Part shown: positions 53,564-59,696 of the stretch, in pieces | Numbering within the stretch: position 1 is the first letter of the stretch | Layout of the letters: each line of letters begins with the position of its first letter | Source of the DNA: a bacterium | Lineage (GTDB): Bacteria; Patescibacteriota; Minisyncoccia; Phycocordibacterales; UBA1550 | Reading direction: 5' to 3' | Assembly (NCBI GenBank): GCA_030649835.1 | Contig: JAUSES010000058.1 | Coordinates: 1-59,696, forward strand | Length of the DNA: 59,696 bases | The notes under the pieces: generated by a model | The model's input: only the letters and a program-made list of their open reading frames with translations | Database searches by the model: none | Told to the model about the DNA's origin: nothing | Translations under genes and position numbers: made by a program

Positions 53564-54286
53564 ATGACTGATGAAGAAATAGAAACAAAGCAACGAGCCG
53601 AAGAATTTGCTCGACTAAATAAAAAACGAATAACGGCAGAGCTTACAGATGTATCAAAGTACATACCAGACGAAACGCCCGTATCTATTTTTATGGCAGG
53701 TTCACCAGGGGCAGGAAAGACCGAGTATTCAGAAAATCTCCTTGAGATTTTAGAAAAGAATAAAAAGCACAGAGTTATTCGTATTGACGGAGATGAATTA
53801 CGTGGGTATCTCCCTGGCTACACTGGCGCCAATTCATATCTTTTCCAGGGTGCCATATCTGCGATAATAAATAGTACACATGATGTAGCTCTCAAACAAA
53901 AACAAACATTTCTTCTTGATGGAACATTTTCAAACTATGAAAGAGCGGCGGGAAACATTAATCGTTCGTTATCAAGGGGTAGAGCAGTGTTCATCTTTTA
54001 TGTTTACCAAAAACCTGAAGTCGCGTGGAAATTTACTCAAGCTCGGGAAATAGTAGAAGGTCGTAATATCCCAAAGGACGCGTTCATAGAGCGTTTCATT
54101 GATGCGAGAGAAACTGTAAGTGAAGTGCGAAGAAATTTTGACGAGAGAGTCGCAATCTTTTTAGTAAAAAAGAATTTTGAGACACATGAGGTAGAAGATA
54201 TTATTGAAATCAAAGCAGGCAGTAAGCAAATTGACGATTATCTCAAACAAAGGTATACTAAAGAGGAATTAGAAAAGATACTATGA
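53564..54286 (+). CDS. zeta-toxin-family P-loop kinase-like protein
   Basis: MAGSPGAGKTEYSE Walker A. Overall zeta/AAA_33-like layout (RIDGDELR, LLDGTF). Confidence 0.7.
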   Translation: MTDEEIETKQRAEEFARLNKKRITAELTDVSKYIPDETPVSIFMAGSPGAGKTEYSENLLEILEKNKKHRVIRIDGDELRGYLPGYTGANSYLFQGAISAIINSTHDVALKQKQTFLLDGTFSNYERAAGNINRSLSRGRAVFIFYVYQKPEVAWKFTQAREIVEGRNIPKDAFIERFIDARETVSEVRRNFDERVAIFLVKKNFETHEVEDIIEIKAGSKQIDDYLKQRYTKEELEKIL

Positions 54287-54468
54287 TTAGAACAATTACA
54301 CGCCTTTTTAGACTAAAACGTGCCCCAGAATACGCTGGGTTGTCTGACTTTTTGTTGCGTGCTTCGTCTGACGAAAAGAAGAAAATAATCACTGAGGCGG
54401 CTCGCAGGGCAAACGAGGATCAGTATAAAGTATTTACCAAGGCACAGCTTAAGGTTGGGACGAACTAG
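54283..54468 (+). CDS. small hypothetical protein translationally coupled (ATGA) to the zeta-like gene
   Basis: 61 aa. ATG overlaps the upstream TGA. Confidence 0.45.
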   Translation: MIRTITRLFRLKRAPEYAGLSDFLLRASSDEKKKIITEAARRANEDQYKVFTKAQLKVGTN

Positions 54469-54590
54469 TTGTTTTGGAAATAGTGCTGGTAGTGAACGGC
54501 TCAAATGGGCGGAAATGAGCCGTTAGGGCGGTTTTCCTTTCGCGAATTTTACCCCTTCTCATTAATGTGATAAGATGAGGGTTCAATACT

Positions 54591-55217
54591 ATGATACACA
54601 GAGAAAACGAAGAAAATGAGGAGAAAATAGTGGATATGGGTGCACGCGATGAGTCACTTGACACAAAGGACGAAGCTTCGTATATTGACCCCGTGTCATT
54701 TGAGAGTGAGGAGGATTTGGAGAGCCCAGCGCTTGCCTTAAAGAAACTCCGCGAGAAACTCAAGGTCTGCGAGAAGGACAAAAAGGAGTATTTGGACGGA
54801 TGGCAGAGGATGCGCGCGGATTTTGCAAATGTACGCAAGGAAGAGGAAACGCGAAGAGGGGAGATGATAAAGTTTGCTTCCGAAGGGCTCGTAGAGGATA
54901 TGCTTCCTGTTTTAGATAGTTTTGCAATGGCGTTTGGAAACAAGGAAGCGTGGGAAAAGGTGGATGCAAACTGGAGGAAAGGTGTTGAATATATTTATGC
55001 ACAAATGTATTCTGTTTTAGAATCACGCGGACTTACAGAAATAGGAAAAGTAGGAGAACTAATTGACCCACGAAACCATGTTGCAATAGAGGAAGTGGTA
55101 CCACCATCAGAAAAGGAGGCAGGCACGGTTTCAGAAGTCATTCAAAAAGGGTATCGTCTGCACAGCAAAGTGATTCGTCCCGCGAAAGTGAAAGCGTTTG
55201 GGCACAGCGTGGAATAA
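54591..55217 (+). CDS. grpE: nucleotide exchange factor GrpE
   Basis: Acidic N terminus, coiled coil, GWQRMRADFANVRK and C-terminal beta domain. Confidence 0.92.
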   Translation: MIHRENEENEEKIVDMGARDESLDTKDEASYIDPVSFESEEDLESPALALKKLREKLKVCEKDKKEYLDGWQRMRADFANVRKEEETRRGEMIKFASEGLVEDMLPVLDSFAMAFGNKEAWEKVDANWRKGVEYIYAQMYSVLESRGLTEIGKVGELIDPRNHVAIEEVVPPSEKEAGTVSEVIQKGYRLHSKVIRPAKVKAFGHSVE

Positions 55218-55267
55218 TCAATAATTAATATCAAAATATTAAAGTTGAAAATTGTTCAGTTTAAACC

Positions 55268-55306
55268 ATTTAACTATTAACTATTTATTATTTAACTATT
55301 AACTAT
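55268..55306 (+). repeat. two copies of ATTTAACTATTAACTAT (four TTAACTAT-like units) just upstream of dnaK
   Basis: 17-nt identical copies at 55268..55284 and 55290..55306. Ends 7 nt before the dnaK ATG. Confidence 0.85.
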
Positions 55307-55313
55307 CAAAAAT

Positions 55314-57215
55314 ATGGCAAAAATTTTAGGAATTGACTTGGGTACAACAAATAGTGCAGTTGCTATCATTGAAGGTGGCGAGCCTCGCATTGTCGAGAAC
55401 ATTGAAGGAGCACGTACAACTCCATCTATTGTCGCAGTCTCAAAAAGTGGTGAACGCTTGGTGGGACTCTTGGCAAAAAGACAGGCAGTGACAAACCCAC
55501 AGAATACACTTTTTGGTATTAAGCGTATGATCGGGCACACCTTTGAGGACGAGGGTGTTCAGCGCGACAAAAAAACAGCTCCCTTTGGTATTGAAAAGTC
55601 ACCAACTGGGGGAGTTCTCGTAAAAATGGGTGACCGCCAATATCGCCCCGAGGAAATTTCGGCGATGGTTTTGCAGAAGCTCAAGACAGATGCAGAGGCA
55701 AAGCTTGGTGAAAAAATAACCGAGGTCGTTATCACGGTTCCTGCATACTTCAACGACTCACAGCGTCAAGCAACAAAAGATGCGGGGCAGATTGCCGGTT
55801 TTGATGTAAAGCGCATCATCAATGAGCCTACCGCAGCTGCACTCGCGTATGGTTTTAATAAAAAGAAGGATGAGAAGATTGTCGTGTACGACTTCGGAGG
55901 CGGTACATTTGATGTGTCGGTGCTTGAAGTGGGTGGAGATGTGATTGAGGTAAAGTCCACAGACGGCGACGTGCACATGGGAGGAGAAGACATCGATCAA
56001 AAAATCATCAAGCATATAGCGAGCGAGTTTAAAAAAGAGTCAGGGATTGATGTTTCTACCGATGTGATGGCGCTCCAGCGTTTGAAGGAGGCTGCAGAGA
56101 AGGCAAAGCATGAGCTTTCTACAACTACAGAGGCTGAGATAAATATTCCATTTATCACCTCAGGTGCCGATGGCCCAAAGCATCTTTTGCTCAAACTTTC
56201 TCGTGCTACATTGGATGACCTTGCTCGTGAGTACATTGAGAAATCAATTGAGATCACCAAGCGCGCACTTGCTGCATCGCCTTTTAAGAAGGAGGACATC
56301 AATGAAATTATTATGGTGGGTGGACAGACACGTATGCCTGCTATTGTGAATGCGGTGAAGGAGCTTTTTGGAAAGGAGCCGAACCGCTCAATCAACCCAG
56401 ACGAAGTGGTTGCTATTGGTGCAGCTATTCAGGCGGGCATTCTGCAAGGCGACGTAAAGGACGTGCTTCTCCTTGATGTTATTCCACTTTCTCTTGGTAT
56501 CGAAACCTTTGGTAATGTGGCAACAAAACTCATTGAAAAAAACACAACTATTCCAGCGTCTCGATCACAAATTTTCTCCACCGCATCAGACAATCAAACC
56601 TCAGTGGAGATTCACGTGGTGCAAGGAGAGCGCCCAATGGCACCAGACAACAAGTCTCTCGGACGCTTTATTTTGGATGGGATCCCACCCGCACATCGTG
56701 GTGTGCCACAAGTAGAAGTCTCATTTGATGTGGATGCAAACGGCATCCTTCAGGTAAAAGCTAAGGAAAAGACTACCGGTAAGGAGCAGTCCATTCGTAT
56801 CGAGGCAAGCTCAGGACTTTCAAAGGATGACATTGCGCGCATGACCAAAGAGGCAGAGATGAATGCCGAGGAGGATGCAAAGAAGCGCGACAGTGCTGAG
56901 ACAAAAAATATTCTTGAGCAAATGGTGTACACGGCAGAGAAGTCACTCCGTGACAGTGGCGACAAAGTATCACCTGAAACGAAAACAGCCGTCGAGGAGA
57001 AACTTGCCACCGCAAAAACAGCAAGTGCTGGAACAGATGTTGAGGCAATGAAAAAGGCATCAACGGATTTGTCTGAGGCGCTTTCTAAAATTGGGGAGGA
57101 GATGATGAAAAACGCAGAGGCTACAAAGGCGCCAGAAGGAGGTGAGGGAGAAGCAGGCGCTACTACAGACGAAAAAGTGCATGATGCAGAGTATAAAGAG
57201 GGAGAAAACAAATAG
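55314..57215 (+). CDS. dnaK: molecular chaperone DnaK (Hsp70)
   Basis: [17 protein letters not shown] and the full Hsp70 architecture. Confidence 0.98.
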   Translation: MAKILGIDLGTTNSAVAIIEGGEPRIVENIEGARTTPSIVAVSKSGERLVGLLAKRQAVTNPQNTLFGIKRMIGHTFEDEGVQRDKKTAPFGIEKSPTGGVLVKMGDRQYRPEEISAMVLQKLKTDAEAKLGEKITEVVITVPAYFNDSQRQATKDAGQIAGFDVKRIINEPTAAALAYGFNKKKDEKIVVYDFGGGTFDVSVLEVGGDVIEVKSTDGDVHMGGEDIDQKIIKHIASEFKKESGIDVSTDVMALQRLKEAAEKAKHELSTTTEAEINIPFITSGADGPKHLLLKLSRATLDDLAREYIEKSIEITKRALAASPFKKEDINEIIMVGGQTRMPAIVNAVKELFGKEPNRSINPDEVVAIGAAIQAGILQGDVKDVLLLDVIPLSLGIETFGNVATKLIEKNTTIPASRSQIFSTASDNQTSVEIHVVQGERPMAPDNKSLGRFILDGIPPAHRGVPQVEVSFDVDANGILQVKAKEKTTGKEQSIRIEASSGLSKDDIARMTKEAEMNAEEDAKKRDSAETKNILEQMVYTAEKSLRDSGDKVSPETKTAVEEKLATAKTASAGTDVEAMKKASTDLSEALSKIGEEMMKNAEATKAPEGGEGEAGATTDEKVHDAEYKEGENK

Positions 57216-57235
57216 GATATTAGATTAATAAAAAA

Positions 57236-57661
57236 ATGAACAAGGGACTAATCGTACATACTGTCATTTTTAATGATAAAAATGAAGTGCTTATTACAAG
57301 AAGAGCCAGTACGGACGATTTCCTTCCTGAACATTGGGATATACCCGGAGGAACGCTGGAGGACGGCGAAGATCCTCAGATTGGGGCTATCCGAGAAGCG
57401 AAGGAAGAAACTAATCTTGATGTTCAAGAGCCATGTCTTTTTTTCCAAAAATCAAACATTGATACAGGAAAGAACAAGCAATTTGTTACTCTGGTATTTC
57501 TTGCAAAATATTCTGGCGGTGAGATAGTGCTTGACCAAAGGAGTCACGATGAATACAAGTGGATAAATATTTCTGATTTAGCAAAGTACAAAACAGTAGA
57601 TTTTCTTGCAGATTGCTTAAATTCCCTCGCTTCAAGGAAGCACCCACTTCTTAGTTATTAG
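57236..57661 (+). CDS. Nudix hydrolase
   Basis: Intact Nudix box GGTLEDGEDPQIGAIREAKEETNL. Confidence 0.85.
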   Translation: MNKGLIVHTVIFNDKNEVLITRRASTDDFLPEHWDIPGGTLEDGEDPQIGAIREAKEETNLDVQEPCLFFQKSNIDTGKNKQFVTLVFLAKYSGGEIVLDQRSHDEYKWINISDLAKYKTVDFLADCLNSLASRKHPLLSY

Positions 57662-57747
57662 TTTATAACACACCTTAGAGAAGAGAGGTAATCAATGGTG
57701 TACACGAACTCGTACACATTCAAAATTCAAAATTCCATATTCCACCC

Positions 57748-58812
57748 ATGAAAGACTACTACAAAACACTCGGCGTTGAAAAAAATGCCTCGCAGGACGA
57801 AATAAAAAAGGCGTTTCGTACACTCGCTCACAAACATCATCCCGATAAAGGAGGGGATGAGAAAAAGTTTAAAGAGGCGAGTGAAGCGTATCAAATACTT
57901 TCTGATGAAAAGAAGCGCTCAGAGTACGATACCTACGGCTCTGCTGGTCCGGGGCAGGGTTTTGGTGGTGGTCAAGGAGGAGGAGGCTTTGGTGGGTTTC
58001 AGGGAGGATTTAGCTCGCAAGGTTTTGATGGCGTGGACCTGAACGACATCTTCGGCGACTTTTTTGGAGGTGGGCGCAGAGAACAAGCACGTCGGGGCAG
58101 AGACATAGCCGTAGACCTCGAGATCTCTTTTTCAGAGGCGGTGTTTGGTGTGGAGCACAAGGTGAGGATTACTAAAACATCCGCATGTGATACGTGTAGT
58201 GGCACAGGCGCTAAGCCCGGGGCAAAAATGAAGGAGTGTGCGCAGTGTAAGGGCAAGGGACGTACGCAAGAAAATGTGAGGACAATCCTCGGCACATTCG
58301 CACAGGAGCGCGAGTGTACAACGTGCCACGGCGCAGGGAAAATTCCTGAAGAGAAATGCGCTACTTGTAAGGGCGGTGGCGTTCTTCGCAAAGAGGAAGC
58401 GATAACCATACGTGTGCCATCTGGTATTCAAAACGGCGAGCAGGTACGTCTCGCAGGCGCAGGTGAGGCGGTTTTAAACGGTAAGGCAGGGGATTTGTAC
58501 GTGCGCATCCATGTGGGACAACATAAGCTTTTCAAACGTGAAGGTGCAAACCTCATTATGGGTCTGCAGGTAAAGCTTACCGACGCCCTCCTTGGTGCAG
58601 AGTACCCGATACAGACCCTAGACGGTGAAATAAAACTAAAAATCCCTAAGGGCGTTTCTTCAGGTGAAGTTTTGCGAGTTCGAGAGAAAGGCGTGCCCTT
58701 TAGTGGCAAGCATCGCGGTGATCTCCTCATTAAGCTCGAAGTAAAAACCCCCGCAAAACTCTCCCGCACCGCCGAAAAACTCATTGAAGATTTGCGAAAA
58801 GAAGGGATTTAG
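57748..58812 (+). CDS. dnaJ: molecular chaperone DnaJ
   Basis: J domain with HPD, Gly-rich linker, four CxxCxGxG zinc motifs. Confidence 0.97.
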   Translation: MKDYYKTLGVEKNASQDEIKKAFRTLAHKHHPDKGGDEKKFKEASEAYQILSDEKKRSEYDTYGSAGPGQGFGGGQGGGGFGGFQGGFSSQGFDGVDLNDIFGDFFGGGRREQARRGRDIAVDLEISFSEAVFGVEHKVRITKTSACDTCSGTGAKPGAKMKECAQCKGKGRTQENVRTILGTFAQERECTTCHGAGKIPEEKCATCKGGGVLRKEEAITIRVPSGIQNGEQVRLAGAGEAVLNGKAGDLYVRIHVGQHKLFKREGANLIMGLQVKLTDALLGAEYPIQTLDGEIKLKIPKGVSSGEVLRVREKGVPFSGKHRGDLLIKLEVKTPAKLSRTAEKLIEDLRKEGI

Positions 58813-58828
58813 TGGTATAATTAAACGT

Positions 58829-59029
58829 ATGAGCACAACAGCAGTAGAATTTAAAATTAGCAAAAAACCGAAAACAATTTTGGTGGAGTTTAATTCTGCA
58901 CAATTTGAGAAGGTTGCAGGAATTTTTGGTATGTTTAATCCAGATTTTTTAAAGAGCCTTGCGCGCTCAGAAGCGCAATTTCGTAAGGGGCAAGTAAGAA
59001 AAATAAAGTCTCTTGCGGAATTAATGTAA
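58829..59029 (+). CDS. putative type II antitoxin
   Basis: 66-aa ORF ending 8 nt before a RelE/ParE-like gene. Start at ATG 58829. Confidence 0.5.
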   Translation: MSTTAVEFKISKKPKTILVEFNSAQFEKVAGIFGMFNPDFLKSLARSEAQFRKGQVRKIKSLAELM

Positions 59030-59037
59030 CTATATTT

Positions 59038-59307
59038 ATGGAGATTATCACCACTCCTGAATTTGAAGCCCTCTTTAGTGATTTGCCCAAAATAATCAAA
59101 AAGAAGGCAATAAAACAAACAAAATTATTTTGTGGGAATCCATTTTATAATTCACTTAATACGGAAAAAATTGAACCTAGAAATAAACAAGTATGGAGTT
59201 TCCGTGTAGATAAAAATTACCGTATCATTTTTAAATTTTTAGAAAATAAGAGGGTCGTTTTTCTCGCAATGGGTCCTCACAAATGGATTTATCGATTAGA
59301 TTTTTGA
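59038..59307 (+). CDS. RelE/ParE-superfamily type II toxin
   Basis: 89 aa. ...WSFRVDKNYRIIFKF...VFLAMGPH pattern is typical of RelE/ParE toxins. Confidence 0.7.
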   Translation: MEIITTPEFEALFSDLPKIIKKKAIKQTKLFCGNPFYNSLNTEKIEPRNKQVWSFRVDKNYRIIFKFLENKRVVFLAMGPHKWIYRLDF

Positions 59308-59317
59308 TTGTATGAAT

Positions 59318-59696
59318 CCCGTTAGAGATCCCCTGCCCACTTTCGCCAGAACACAAAGTTGAGCTCAAGTGATGGCGGGCGGGCTCAGTTATGTACTACA
59401 CATATATAATTCAGAACGACAAAGGTACATGCTATACTGGAAGTACAGGAGACTTACGGAAACGCTTGAGGGAACACAACCAAGGGAGATCAACGTGGAC
59501 AAAAGGTCAGGGAGTGTGGAAGATTATTTATTATGAAGCGTGTCTTGTTGAACAAGATGCTCGGTCGAGAGAAATATATTTAAAATCGGGAATGGGTAAG
59601 CGCTATCTAAAAAGTAGACTCAAGCGTTTCCTCCTGCCCGCCACTGCCTAATCGTCCTTTTGGACAGTCAGGCGATGGCAGGCGGGGTCTCTAACG
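59318..59696 (+). mobile_element. family F4 long copy: GIY-YIG gene enclosed by F4-type imperfect terminal inverted repeats (truncated by window end)
   Basis: Left end CCCGTTAGAGATCCCCTGCCCAC... and right end ...GATGGCAGGCGGGGTCTCTAACG. Inner inverted GC-rich motifs at 59371..59383 and 59633..59644. Confidence 0.4.
59391..59651 (+). CDS. GIY-YIG domain nuclease-family small protein
   Basis: YYTYIIQN...CYTGSTGDLRKRLREHNQG pattern. 86 aa. Confidence 0.8.
   Translation: MYYTYIIQNDKGTCYTGSTGDLRKRLREHNQGRSTWTKGQGVWKIIYYEACLVEQDARSREIYLKSGMGKRYLKSRLKRFLLPATA

Noticed and set aside
53225-53664. 122-aa and 86-aa minus-strand ORFs upstream of the zeta-like gene
   Set aside because: Their Phe/Ile/Leu/Asn/Ser-rich low-complexity sequence is typical of the antisense of Lys/Glu-rich coding DNA. 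They overlap the zeta gene start and have no SD.
42773-54286. Alternative genetic code (UGA read as sense, as in some CPR lineages)
   Set aside because: TGA terminates conserved-length genes here. Examples are the CYTH gene at 42773..42775 and the zeta-like gene at 54284..54286, both with ATGA overlaps to the next ORF. The standard code fits.
1-59696. CRISPR array, rRNA operon, integrase/transposase genes
   Set aside because: The repeat families found are palindromic and irregularly dispersed, not regularly spaced direct repeats. I saw no rRNA-like conserved stretches and no recombinase-like ORFs.

Overview
This 59.7-kb chromosomal window looks like a small-genome, CPR/Patescibacteria-like bacterium. 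That lineage call is an inference from compact housekeeping genes, many tiny hypothetical membrane proteins, a DGR, and standard-code TGA stops. All counts and alignments below were done by eye, with no database searches. Backbone genes are pyrH, thrC, ssrA(tmRNA)-smpB, ftsH, recG, secD/secF, an ABC-F ATPase, a DEAD-box helicase, an ECF sigma/anti-sigma pair, rpsA, gyrA, secA, rplQ-rplM-rpsI and grpE-dnaK-(nudix)-dnaJ, plus one tRNA-Ile(UAU). I saw no rRNA and no CRISPR array. The main accessory locus is a complete diversity-generating retroelement (DGR) at 18.7-21.2 kb. It has a small signal-less target gene with a 120-bp VR and a 120-bp TR; 20 of 21 internal mismatches fall on TR adenines. 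Its Avd gene is inverted, lies between TR and RT, and is broken by a C10/G10 homopolymer next to the RT start codon. The RT is DGR-type. The second theme is a high density of at least five unrelated families of short palindromic or inverted-repeat elements in intergenic DNA. One copy sits in-frame inside a CDS, and one pair of ends encloses a GIY-YIG nuclease gene at the window edge. Other observations: att-like repeats derived from the ssrA 3' end bracketing a lone gene; a 1.1-kb stretch upstream of rpsA with SD-led micro-ORFs and terminators; a MutT/MTH1-like Nudix pseudogene with three compensating frameshifts across its catalytic box; a zeta-toxin-like kinase module with a possible slippery-site frameshift gene; a RelE/ParE TA pair; a MerR/MerF-like pair; and a membrane desaturase.
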